This document shows positions 19,734-28,853 of a DNA stretch of 64,000 nucleotides, piece by piece. The stretch spans positions 1 to 64,000 of the IMG/VR virus record IMGVR_UViG_3300014613_000021; one strand, given 5' to 3'. The DNA comes from a virus. Its lineage: Duplodnaviria > Caudoviricetes. Made by a program: the position numbers and the translations under genes. Positions within the stretch are counted from its first letter, which is position 1; each line of letters begins with the position of its first letter. Below the pieces are notes generated by a model, which was given only the letters and a program-made list of their open reading frames with translations, had not been told where the DNA came from and did not search any database.

Positions 19734-19764
19734 CAAAAATACAAAAACTTTTGTAATAACCAAA
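19734..19764 (-). promoter_or_regulatory. Bacteroidota sigmaA-type promoter
   Basis: TTTG-N19-TATTTTTG directly upstream of the structured leader. Confidence 0.75.
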
Positions 19765-19769
19765 ACATT

Positions 19770-20078
19770 TTACCTGTGTGCCGGGTAAAAAATATATTTT
19801 TCGTCTTTGTGGAATTCCCGGTAATATAATTTCAGGTCTTCTATTTCAGAATAGATATTTAGTTTTTGTTGCTCTATGTTCTTTAAATTAACAGACATAG
19901 CTTTACCATGAATGATTTTTGTAATATCCTTTCCTTTGAGGGAATGTTTTGTAACCATGTTTTCAGAATGAATCCATGATTCTGCCACATAATACCGATC
20001 ATTAATAAAAAGGATGTTATATCCTATCTCATTTAATGCCTGAATAAACTCTTCTCTGTTATCTTTTTCTGTATCCAT
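19770..20078 (-). CDS. Hypothetical protein
   Basis: ORF track. Confidence 0.55.
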   Translation of the reverse strand: MDTEKDNREEFIQALNEIGYNILFINDRYYVAESWIHSENMVTKHSLKGKDITKIIHGKAMSVNLKNIEQQKLNIYSEIEDLKLYYREFHKDEKYIFYPAHR

Positions 20079-20090
20079 TGTTGTAAAATT

Positions 20091-20390
20091 TTAGTTAAAT
20101 GGTAATCCTTTATCCCTTAATATTTCTCTTTCTTTATAGGTCTTTTCGTAATCCCGTTTTGACCGGGCTTTCAGAATTTTTTTCTTTTCTTCTGCCGGAA
20201 GAGCAAAGAATTTTGTATAATTTATATTGAATTCACCTTCTTTCGGAATAGGTTCTAATCCAACTTTACAATCAGAACATTTTATTTCTTTTCCCTTTTC
20301 AAGATATATAGAATCCCCATCTTTAACTTTTATTGAGTAAGATGGAATAAATACTTCCTTTTTACATTTTGGACAAAAAAAATTATTCAT
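20091..20390 (-). CDS. Zinc-ribbon protein
   Basis: CPKC and CSDC pairs. Confidence 0.6.
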   Translation of the reverse strand: MNNFFCPKCKKEVFIPSYSIKVKDGDSIYLEKGKEIKCSDCKVGLEPIPKEGEFNINYTKFFALPAEEKKKILKARSKRDYEKTYKEREILRDKGLPFN

Positions 20391-20549
20391 AAATCAAGAT
20401 TTTTAATTTTTTTATTTTAAACTGCACAAGAAAACCCTTTATGGTCGGGGTGATTGACTAAGAACAATCCAAAACTCAGTTCCAAAATATTTACCAAAAG
20501 AAAAACAATCTTCCATCCCTAAAGTGCCATATTTTGTTTGTTCTCCCAT

Positions 20550-20771
20550 TTAATACGAAATTATTTCTTGAATTTCATCAATAAAAATAACATCCCTTGT
20601 GTATTCCCTTCCCGGAACAACAATTGGATGTTTAAGTAAAAATCTGTTTTCAGACAATGCAGAACCAATATACACTTCTTGTCCATATACACTAACTAAA
20701 AGATCAATATCATTTATAATGACACAATGCAAAAAGTTGAATATAGCTTTTTTGTCTGTTATTTTATCCAC
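20550..20771 (-). CDS. Hypothetical protein (GTG start supplied by the 37-bp repeat)
   Basis: ORF track. Confidence 0.5.
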   Translation of the reverse strand: MDKITDKKAIFNFLHCVIINDIDLLVSVYGQEVYIGSALSENRFLLKHPIVVPGREYTRDVIFIDEIQEIISY

Positions 20772-20805
20772 GTTTCATTTTTATTAACAATTATTTAATT
20801 ATATA
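20769..20805 (-). repeat. 37-bp leader repeat, identical to 25474-25510
   Basis: Minus strand TATATAATTAAATAATTGTTAATAAAAATGAAACGTG. Confidence 0.9.
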
Positions 20806-21160
20806 ACTTAAACATTAATTCAATTTCTTCTGAAGTAAACCTTTTCCAATTCTTTAAAAACGCTTCTATTTTATAATCCTCATCAAGTGTTTTTGTATTA
20901 ATGAAAATAGTTTTAGACCAATCATTGATTTTTTCTTTTATGGTTTCTATATCCTCTTCGTCGGCGTCTTTTTCAATAAATTCAAGAATGTTTTCTATTG
21001 TAATATCCGGTTTGTGATTTGTTGAAATAAGTTTTTTGATTCTTTCAATTATTGAATCAATATTATCAATGAATTCGTCAATTTCACCGTCAATAAGATA
21101 ATTATAAATTTTAGCAAGTAATTCTAAAGAATCTTCTGTAAGGTCTCTTTCTTTTTTCAT
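20795..21160 (-). CDS. Acidic hypothetical protein
   Basis: ORF track. Confidence 0.55.
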   Translation of the reverse strand: MKKERDLTEDSLELLAKIYNYLIDGEIDEFIDNIDSIIERIKKLISTNHKPDITIENILEFIEKDADEEDIETIKEKINDWSKTIFINTKTLDEDYKIEAFLKNWKRFTSEEIELMFKLYN

Positions 21161-21602
21161 AGTAATTCGTTTTAAACGGATTCATTACTGCTTCAATAAC
21201 TTTATAAACTCCCTGCCAGTCTTTTCTCCTGTTAAACCTGGCCTTTGCTTTCAAAACATTAATCGGACTGTTTACTTTCACATCATCATAAACAAAATAA
21301 TTATCAATTGTTTGAGTAAAAACATCAATGTTCACCTTATCAATATGAAATTGATATTTAACCTTTGCGGAATAAATATCCCGAACAGGACATGAACTCG
21401 GACAAACATCGCTTAACAACTTAAAGGTTTCTTTGTCCTTATCTGTAAGATACGGAGAAACAATTAAATCAATGTCGTGAGGCGTAAAGTCATTCAATAA
21501 CCCGTATAGTTTAAGGGCAAAACTTCCGGTTAATATTACATTTGACTTTGTAAGATTCTGAACCTTTTTAACAATGGTCAATAACTCTTTTTCTGTTTTC
21601 AT
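21111..21602 (-). CDS. Nucleotidyltransferase-fold protein
   Basis: ILTGSFAL...HDIDLIV (GS..DxD), later IDVF. Confidence 0.65.
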   Translation of the reverse strand: MKTEKELLTIVKKVQNLTKSNVILTGSFALKLYGLLNDFTPHDIDLIVSPYLTDKDKETFKLLSDVCPSSCPVRDIYSAKVKYQFHIDKVNIDVFTQTIDNYFVYDDVKVNSPINVLKAKARFNRRKDWQGVYKVIEAVMNPFKTNYYEKRKRPYRRFFRITC

Positions 21603-21635
21603 AAGTTTGAAGTTTTATAAGTTTGAGGTATTAGT

Positions 21636-22097
21636 TCACTTAAAATTACGTTTGCAATATTCAGCAATCAATAAAGCGTCAGCATTCCACAAAGTGACTT
21701 TTGTTTTTGGAAATAACTGTTGCGCTCTTCCTTTTAACCTGTTTTTCCAGCTTGTATCAGTTTCATTTTTTTCTTTTTTCATTCCGTAATATTTCATCCA
21801 CGCTTGAGGTGAAACCATTTCATGTGGAATCTTTGAAATAAGTAAAACAGTATGAAGTATCCCGTTAATATAACCGAAAGTAAAATTAGCCTTCGCTCCG
21901 TTGAAAGGTCTGGAATGAACTTTTTCAGTTATACAAAATACAGATTCATTCATATACTTACCTAACAAATCAATGAAATCTTGAATAGTTTGAGGTGTTT
22001 TGCTTACCTCAATAACATTTGAAACAGGATCAATAACAGCTATTCCACCTGATAAACCCGGATCAACACCTATAAAATATTTATAGGTTATTTTCAT
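21636..22097 (-). CDS. RuvC-like Holliday junction resolvase (phage type)
   Basis: IGVDPGLSGGIA, ITEKV, NADALLIA. Confidence 0.8.
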   Translation of the reverse strand: MKITYKYFIGVDPGLSGGIAVIDPVSNVIEVSKTPQTIQDFIDLLGKYMNESVFCITEKVHSRPFNGAKANFTFGYINGILHTVLLISKIPHEMVSPQAWMKYYGMKKEKNETDTSWKNRLKGRAQQLFPKTKVTLWNADALLIAEYCKRNFK

Positions 22098-22375
22098 AAT
22101 TGAATATTATCCAATATTTCCTGATACTTTGAAGTAAGTATTCTTACGTATTTCCCAAGTTGAACAGTTATATTTTCTTTGTCAGCCTCAAAATGAGCAA
22201 TATCTTTCATACACTTTTCAAAAGATATTGAATAGCCTATTATTTCTTCACTTTCGTAAGTTTCTCCGGCTTTTCTTTCTTCCGTATCTTTTTCAACAGT
22301 TCGTATCACTTTTTGATACAGATTAAATCTATCCTTTTCTGGATACATTATGTAATTTAAGTATTCTATTTTCAT
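22094..22375 (-). CDS. Hypothetical protein
   Basis: ORF track. Confidence 0.55.
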   Translation of the reverse strand: MKIEYLNYIMYPEKDRFNLYQKVIRTVEKDTEERKAGETYESEEIIGYSISFEKCMKDIAHFEADKENITVQLGKYVRILTSKYQEILDNIQL

Positions 22376-22394
22376 TATTTTGTTAAATTATCCA

Positions 22395-24452
22395 TTATTC
22401 AAATATTTTGCTTATACCATTTTCCTTTACTACCGTTACAATATTGTCATAAACCTTTTCGTGACTGGAATGGGTTATAACAAGTATTGTTTTATGTAGG
22501 TTGTCCAGTGATTGAATCAAACTCTCAATTCCGGTTCTGTCAATAGATTCTGTTATTTCATCACAGAAACACAGATCAACGCCTCCAGTTAATGAAGACA
22601 GGTTTATAAGTTGTTGTAAGGCCACAATAGAGCAAACTTCAATCTTTCCTTTTTCTCCTTTTGAAAACTTACCAATCACCCCCTCACTCATTCCATTTCT
22701 TAAAACCTGTGTTGTTATCTTTTCCCGGATTGTTTTCCCATCAGCAAGCAATTTATACCCTTCCATTTGGATTTGAAGGTTACATTTACTCATTTCAAGA
22801 AAATAGTTCGTAAAGCCTTCTATTGATTTAATGGCCTTATTTGCAAGATATGACCTGAACCGAACAAAATTGTGTTTCCACTGTTCAATATCAAATTTTT
22901 CCTGCTCAACCTGTTGTTTTAATTCATTGATAACAATAAGTTGTTCCTGGCAGTCCTCAATTTGTTTTTCAATAGTTTTAGTGTCTCTTTCGATTTTCTT
23001 TTTCTTTACTTCTTCAATCTGGACATTAATACCGGATATTGTCTGATTAATAGATTCAATTTGTTTTTCTGTTTGTTCTATTAAAGAGTTATTTGTTTCA
23101 ATAGATTGTTCCAGTTTCTTTATTGAAGATTCACAATATAAAATCTTTTCTTCAACAGATTGTTTCATTCTCTGAAACTTCCTGATTTCTTCCCGGTACA
23201 GTTCCCTTGTTTTATCAAGTTCTGAAAGTTTTTTATCAAACAAACTAACTTTTTCAGATACCTTATTTATTTCTTCATTACAAACATTTAATTCAAGTTC
23301 AATCCCTAAAATACCCTCTTTTATTTCAGGTATCATTGTCTTTGCTTCTGAAACATCAATTTCACTGTCTCCCGGCAAAAACTCAAATGAACATTTAGGA
23401 CACTCAATACTGCCGGAAATATTCAGTTCAGTCTTTTTCAAAAATGTTTCAAATTCCTGCAACGACCTTTCTGTTTCTTTCCTGAGATTTTTTAATTCAA
23501 CGGTTTTTTCAAAATACTCTTTTTTGAGTTTATTTGTTTCTTCCTGTTCTTTGTCAACTTCAGATATTTTTTCTTTTACCTTGTTATCTTCGCTTAATTC
23601 TGATAATTGCTGTTCGTGTATCTTTTTTTCTGATTTTTTAGCTTCAATTGATTTTTTCGTTGAAACAGAGGATTCATTAATAGAATGAATTTTATAATGT
23701 TTTTCTTTTAACTCGTTTTCATAAAACCGTATTTTTTCTTCCAGTCTTTCAATTTCTTCAGCTTTTTCTTCTTCAACGGTCTTTAAATTAAGTTTCTCAA
23801 CCTGCTCCTGATAAACCTGAATTCGGGTGTTTATTGTTAATTCTTCGTCATAAATCCTTTTTAGTTCACCATCTTTTTTGTCAACATCAACCTGAACCAA
23901 ATCTTCAACTCCATTAATTAAACTTGCTCCGGAAAACCTTGCGATAATGTCCTTTTTCTTGTTATCAGATAATTTAAAAAATGAAGTATAGTTTTCTTTA
24001 TTAACTATATAATAATTGGAAAGATCATCCTGAGTTATACCTAATTCCTGAAAAATTAACTTCGTCCCTTCGTCAACAGAACTAAATTTATCGCTTTGGT
24101 CAACTCCATTTATTTCAATCCTTAATTTGGATGAACTTTTACGGAAAAACTCCCGGTTAATTAACAGGGTATTTTTCGTTATCGTATTAGTAAAATAAGA
24201 TTCAAGTTCAGCAGAATCACATCCGTTTCTTATAAGGTCAACCATCACTAATCCTTTATCTCTTAAAATAAGGTTAGTTATACAGGTATATAGCCCTTCA
24301 ATTAAGATAGATTTACCTGAACCGTTTGATTCTCCTTCATCTTCATCAAGATTAACACCCTGTATTAACGTAGCCCTGCCTTTTGGAAATTCAAACTTCT
24401 GTTCTTTAATTGACAGGAAATTTTTTATTATTAAATAATCTGGTTGGTACAT
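22395..24452 (-). CDS. SbcC/Rad50/gp46-like ATPase subunit
   Basis: NGSGKS Walker A, long coiled coil with CPKC zinc hook, FSKGE signature, FCDE, ITH. Confidence 0.9.
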   Translation of the reverse strand: MYQPDYLIIKNFLSIKEQKFEFPKGRATLIQGVNLDEDEGESNGSGKSILIEGLYTCITNLILRDKGLVMVDLIRNGCDSAELESYFTNTITKNTLLINREFFRKSSSKLRIEINGVDQSDKFSSVDEGTKLIFQELGITQDDLSNYYIVNKENYTSFFKLSDNKKKDIIARFSGASLINGVEDLVQVDVDKKDGELKRIYDEELTINTRIQVYQEQVEKLNLKTVEEEKAEEIERLEEKIRFYENELKEKHYKIHSINESSVSTKKSIEAKKSEKKIHEQQLSELSEDNKVKEKISEVDKEQEETNKLKKEYFEKTVELKNLRKETERSLQEFETFLKKTELNISGSIECPKCSFEFLPGDSEIDVSEAKTMIPEIKEGILGIELELNVCNEEINKVSEKVSLFDKKLSELDKTRELYREEIRKFQRMKQSVEEKILYCESSIKKLEQSIETNNSLIEQTEKQIESINQTISGINVQIEEVKKKKIERDTKTIEKQIEDCQEQLIVINELKQQVEQEKFDIEQWKHNFVRFRSYLANKAIKSIEGFTNYFLEMSKCNLQIQMEGYKLLADGKTIREKITTQVLRNGMSEGVIGKFSKGEKGKIEVCSIVALQQLINLSSLTGGVDLCFCDEITESIDRTGIESLIQSLDNLHKTILVITHSSHEKVYDNIVTVVKENGISKIFE

Positions 24453-24469
24453 TGTTATTATTTATTCAG

Positions 24470-24500
24470 TAAAAATATAAAATTTATATTAAATATCAAA
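24470..24500 (-). promoter_or_regulatory. Bacteroidota-type promoter (TAnnTTTA variant)
   Basis: TTTG-N19-TATTTTTA. Confidence 0.55.
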
Positions 24501-25476
24501 ACAAAATTTCTAAAACTTTTGTTCTTAATTCATCTCTTAATTCCGGGTTGTCTTTTAATAACTCAATCACTGAGATTCTTCCTTGTCCAAGTTTAGTTTT
24601 TCCATAACTAAACCATGAACCGCTTTTTTTTACTATTTCAGCTTCTACACTAATATCCAGTATTTCTCCGCTTTCATCAATTCCCTGGCCAAAGAAAATA
24701 TCAAATTCAGCTTGTTTAAAAGGAGGTGCGACTTTGTTTTTTACAACTTTGACACGAGTTTTATTAGAAACAACTGTTTCTCCGTCCTTATTACTTCCAA
24801 TCCGGCTTACTTCAAGCCTTATCGTTGCATAAAATTTTAAAGCATTTCCTCCGGTTGTTGTCCAGGGATTACCCCAGCTAATTCCAATCTTTTCCCTCAT
24901 CTGGTTTGTAAAGATTATCAGACACTTATTCTTATTAACAACGCCCGTAATTTTACGTAAAGCCTGAGACATTAGTCTTGCATGAAGTCCCATTTTTGAA
25001 TCACCCATTTCTCCATCAATTTCAGCCTTTGGTGTTAATGCTGCGACAGAATCAATGATTATTAACCTTATTTCTCCAGATTTTACTAAATGTTCAACAA
25101 TATTCAATGCCTGATCTCCATCGTCAGGCTGAGAAATTAATAAAGGGTTGTCACCGGTTAATTGAATTCCTAATGCCTTTGCATATTCAACATCTAATGA
25201 GTGTTCAGCGTCAATAAAAACAGCAGAATAACCCATTTTTTGAGTATTGGCGATAGCATGAAGACAAAGGGTTGTCTTTCCTGACGATTCTTGTCCATAT
25301 ATCTCAATAATCCTCCCAAAAGGATACCCCCCGACACCTAAAGCATGGTCAAGAAGCAATGATCCGGATGAAACTATTTCAATATCTTTTTGTGCCTTTG
25401 AATCAGAAGTAATGACAGAAAATTTACCAAAGGCTTTTTCAATATTATCTATTGTTGTTTGTAGTCCTTTTCTCAC
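24496..25476 (-). CDS. recA: RecA recombinase
   Basis: [40 protein letters not shown]. Confidence 0.95.
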   Translation of the reverse strand: MRKGLQTTIDNIEKAFGKFSVITSDSKAQKDIEIVSSGSLLLDHALGVGGYPFGRIIEIYGQESSGKTTLCLHAIANTQKMGYSAVFIDAEHSLDVEYAKALGIQLTGDNPLLISQPDDGDQALNIVEHLVKSGEIRLIIIDSVAALTPKAEIDGEMGDSKMGLHARLMSQALRKITGVVNKNKCLIIFTNQMREKIGISWGNPWTTTGGNALKFYATIRLEVSRIGSNKDGETVVSNKTRVKVVKNKVAPPFKQAEFDIFFGQGIDESGEILDISVEAEIVKKSGSWFSYGKTKLGQGRISVIELLKDNPELRDELRTKVLEILF

Positions 25477-25510
25477 GTTTCATTTTTATTAACAATTATT
25501 TAATTATATA
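25474..25510 (-). repeat. 37-bp leader repeat supplying the recA GTG start
   Basis: Identical to 20769-20805. Confidence 0.9.
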
Positions 25511-25597
25511 TATTCATATTTTGTGAATATATAAACTATTTACCTACAAGCACTACACCCGTTCATTTAATCAACATCATAAAAATTAATAATTTGC

Positions 25598-25837
25598 TCA
25601 TTTCCTGTCCCCCTGAATCTTTTGCTCATAAAAATTCCCAACGCAATCAACCAACTCGTTATATTCTTCAACCCATTCAATATCTATCTTCAACCCTGCA
25701 TTATAGAATCGGATAATTACTTCACACACTTCGCCAAACCGTTTTATTTTTACAAACTCATCATGTATTTTTTTAGGCATTAATCCTAATGGTGGCCTCA
25801 ATGTTAGCTGTATGACATGATTATATTTCTCTTTCAT
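25598..25837 (-). CDS. Hypothetical phage protein
   Basis: ORF track; RPPLGLMPK...EWVEEYNEL. Confidence 0.6.
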   Translation of the reverse strand: MKEKYNHVIQLTLRPPLGLMPKKIHDEFVKIKRFGEVCEVIIRFYNAGLKIDIEWVEEYNELVDCVGNFYEQKIQGDRK

Positions 25838-25840
25838 CTT

Positions 25841-26869
25841 TTACAATATTTCACTTAAGTATTTCTGACCAATTTCATAATCAACTTTATTTAATTCACA
25901 AAATTCCTTAAAACCCTCCTTAATTGCCTTTTTATCAAATGAAACAAATTCCTGACCCTTTGCACTGTCAATGTTAGTTTGTACATCAGAAGGCTTCATT
26001 TTAACGTCTATCCCGGCTTCATTTATCTTTGTTGTGTTTATTGCTTTTAGTCTTGAACTATCACCGATAAATTCAAATCTTGTTTTCTTTTCTGATCCGG
26101 AATATTGTTTTAACAATCCATCAATAGCTTTTAAGTCTGTTTTGTCAATATCAACCTCAATTTTCCTATATTCCTGAAAACTAAGTTTAACAAATTCATG
26201 TGAACCGTCAGAATAAAGAACTGTCATCCCTTTTGAAGTGTCTTCATTAAAACACCTCTGATCTGTTGACCCAATATAATATACATTATTCCCAACAAAT
26301 GACTGATCGTGATAATGACCAACAAAACAAGAATGAAATTTCTTAAATAACTCTCCTTTTATTTTATTTGAAACAAGGTTTTTGTCATTATTTTTAACCC
26401 CGTCAAATGAAATATGAGTGCCAAGTATATTTATTCTGGTTTTATCAACCTTAACTTGTTTCAAATAATTAAGATAAACAGTGTCTTCTTTGAAATAAGG
26501 AATTAAGTGAAGAACCAAATTGTCTAAACAAATTAAATCAGTTTTATCAATTAACTTAAAATTTGGATGGAACTTAAATTCATCAAGATAACTTTTTTCA
26601 CTTTCATAGTCAACTTTGTCGTGGTTTCCAGGAATAGCAGTCAAATCAATTTTTGATTCCTGAAACATAGAAAGAACTTCTCCAAATCCATTCAATACAT
26701 GAAGTGGCTGTGCTTTACGGCTTTTAAAAAAATCACCAAGCCCAATGACAGTGGAACAATTAAGTTCCACTGCCTTTGTTATGACCTGACCAATTATCTC
26801 CTTAACATGAACAAGATTGTTTTTGTCAAGGTGAATGTCTGTAATTAAAATTGCTACCGGCTTTTTCAT
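25841..26869 (-). CDS. SbcD/Mre11/gp47-like metallophosphoesterase nuclease
   Basis: TDIH, GDFF, GNHD, GTH, GHYH motifs. Confidence 0.9.
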   Translation of the reverse strand: MKKPVAILITDIHLDKNNLVHVKEIIGQVITKAVELNCSTVIGLGDFFKSRKAQPLHVLNGFGEVLSMFQESKIDLTAIPGNHDKVDYESEKSYLDEFKFHPNFKLIDKTDLICLDNLVLHLIPYFKEDTVYLNYLKQVKVDKTRINILGTHISFDGVKNNDKNLVSNKIKGELFKKFHSCFVGHYHDQSFVGNNVYYIGSTDQRCFNEDTSKGMTVLYSDGSHEFVKLSFQEYRKIEVDIDKTDLKAIDGLLKQYSGSEKKTRFEFIGDSSRLKAINTTKINEAGIDVKMKPSDVQTNIDSAKGQEFVSFDKKAIKEGFKEFCELNKVDYEIGQKYLSEIL

Positions 26870-28230
26870 TTTCCACCCATTTTAGCTCTTAACTTTTCCC
26901 TGAGTTCTTCTCTTTTTCTTGCAAGATCGTCCTGTACATTATCAGACTTTGTTTCAGAAGAGGATTCTTCTTTTTTTATAGTTGTTTTAACATTCTCTTT
27001 ACTTTCTTTTTTCCAGGGAATTTTTTCTTTCTCAACAGGTTTTTCAGGTTCTTTTTCTTCCGGTTCTTCAGATTTTCTTTCTTCTTCCAAATCCGCAAGT
27101 TCCTCACGAATAGCCCCACGAATATCATCGTCAGAATGACTTTGTGTTACCATTATCGGGAGGTTGTTGTCACGAATAAATTTTTTCAGGTCTTTCCTTC
27201 CCATGTTATCAAGGTCAACGTCACTTGAAACATTTTCTTCCGGTTCACCATCTTCTTCTTTTTTGTCAAACGAAAGGTCTGATTCAGGTTCATCATCATT
27301 GATATTGCCTGCGTTTTCTTCTGGATAATCATCGCTATCACTTTCTTCATCAGAATCAGGATAATATCCGGCAATCTCCTCAACAATATCAAGCCACTCA
27401 TCATGTGCAAAAACACCGATCTTGTTTTGTTCATCAAAAATACGTAACCCTTCAAGAGACTTTGTAAAATCTGAAGTGCGGTATTTGAAAATTTCCTGTA
27501 ATGGTTCAAGTTCCATGAAGTCCTCAAGTTGTTTTTCAGTCAACTGGTACTTTCCCCTCCACTCCAAAGAAAGTTTGTAATAATCGTCTTTTTTCTTCTC
27601 TTTGTTATTATAAACAATAATAAGAGCCTTTCCATCGTCCGGATCAGAAAACGGATCGGTCATAATTGGTTCATCTGCCTGTTCTCCAATACACAGGTTA
27701 TTCATTTTTTCAGCAGTTCTATCTGAAAACTCAAGTCTGCCAAATTCTGAACCACTTATTTTCAGTTTATCGGCGTAACAAACCCATGATGTTTTTGCGG
27801 ATATACCCTTTTCCCAGTCCGTCATCGGAAAAATAAGTTTCGCAATTTCTTTTTGTTTTTCTTTTTCAGTTGCCTTTGACGGACCGTTTACTTCATCTGT
27901 AATAAGATTTGTAGCAAACTTAATATATTCTTCAATCAAATCTTTTTCTGTCTTAGCATGTACTTTTGAATTGAAAATAGGTCTTCTGACAATTTCTTTT
28001 ACACCGTCTTTGTCGATTTCCTGCGGAAGCCAGTGTACAACCTTCGGAACAATAAAAGAATCATGTTCAGGATAAGCCGGATACAACCTGAATTTATTTG
28101 TTCCAATATCAATGTCAAGATAACCGGGTCTTCCTGAATTTTTTTTCTTTACAACAATACCAACTTCTTTCATCTTCCCTTTTAAGACTTCAACAGAAGT
28201 GGCTTTAAACTTTGATCTGTCAATTTTCAT
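26866..28230 (-). CDS. Putative single-stranded DNA-binding protein (gp32-like) with acidic C-terminal region
   Basis: Position in recombination block, TNKFRLYP..HW N-terminal fold, long D/E-rich tail with small helical domain. Confidence 0.55.
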   Translation of the reverse strand: MKIDRSKFKATSVEVLKGKMKEVGIVVKKKNSGRPGYLDIDIGTNKFRLYPAYPEHDSFIVPKVVHWLPQEIDKDGVKEIVRRPIFNSKVHAKTEKDLIEEYIKFATNLITDEVNGPSKATEKEKQKEIAKLIFPMTDWEKGISAKTSWVCYADKLKISGSEFGRLEFSDRTAEKMNNLCIGEQADEPIMTDPFSDPDDGKALIIVYNNKEKKKDDYYKLSLEWRGKYQLTEKQLEDFMELEPLQEIFKYRTSDFTKSLEGLRIFDEQNKIGVFAHDEWLDIVEEIAGYYPDSDEESDSDDYPEENAGNINDDEPESDLSFDKKEEDGEPEENVSSDVDLDNMGRKDLKKFIRDNNLPIMVTQSHSDDDIRGAIREELADLEEERKSEEPEEKEPEKPVEKEKIPWKKESKENVKTTIKKEESSSETKSDNVQDDLARKREELREKLRAKMGGK

Positions 28231-28248
28231 AACTTTACGGTTTTTTAG

Positions 28249-28800
28249 TTAATACTTATTTTTAGTTAATTTATCAAAACACTTAATCATAATTCCGTTT
28301 ATTGTTCCTTCCATTATTTCATCTTCAAACTCACTTGGACGTAATTTTTCAGATATTTTGTTCAGTTTATCGTCTTTTGACTTAGCTGACCAGTATAATG
28401 AATTAAGATAATCCCTGTATTTTTCTACTTTAAAAAGTTTTTTTGATTTTAGGTTATTTCCGGTATCCTGTAAAACACTCCACTCAACCTCATCGTTTGT
28501 TGGTGCTTTCATTTTTGCTGCGCCACCTGAACCGTCAACTTTCCTGAGATTCTTTTTATACCTCTCTTTTAATTCAGCCCGATAAACTTCCAGATCAAAC
28601 TTAGTATGTTTAACCATATCCTCTGCGTCTGCAAGTAATAAACCAAGCCTATTAAGTAAAACGGGAAAAGTAAGTATCTCACCAAGTATATTGGAATAAT
28701 CAATTTTAAGAATATCGTCAACGTCAATTTCACCGTCAAAATCGGTTACTTTCAATACAACAATTTTATTTTCCAGTGGAATTTTAATTAATTCTAACAT
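28249..28800 (-). CDS. Coiled-coil protein, possible UvsY-like recombination mediator
   Basis: Helical sequence next to SSB and recombination genes; context-based call. Confidence 0.35.
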   Translation of the reverse strand: MLELIKIPLENKIVVLKVTDFDGEIDVDDILKIDYSNILGEILTFPVLLNRLGLLLADAEDMVKHTKFDLEVYRAELKERYKKNLRKVDGSGGAAKMKAPTNDEVEWSVLQDTGNNLKSKKLFKVEKYRDYLNSLYWSAKSKDDKLNKISEKLRPSEFEDEIMEGTINGIMIKCFDKLTKNKY

Positions 28801-28819
28801 TGTTGAGGTAAATTTTTGT

Positions 28820-28850
28820 TAAAGATATATAATTTATATTTATCTACAAA
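28820..28850 (-). promoter_or_regulatory. Bacteroidota-type promoter (TAnnTTTA variant)
   Basis: TTTG-N19-TATCTTTA. Confidence 0.55.
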
Positions 28851-28853
28851 ATT

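Noticed and set aside
20400-20549. Short ORF MGEQTKYGTLGMEDCFSFGKYFG... possibly frameshifted
   Set aside because: Only 36 codons and the frameshift cannot be supported without homologues.
25790-25830. Possible degenerate attC R' in the ORF 25598-25837 start (CATGTCATACAGCTAAC)
   Set aside because: No hairpin arms and no matching R'' at the gene end; too weak.
26866-27420. GAA-rich low-complexity stretch
   Set aside because: Simply encodes the acidic, Lys/Glu-rich tail of the SSB-like protein.
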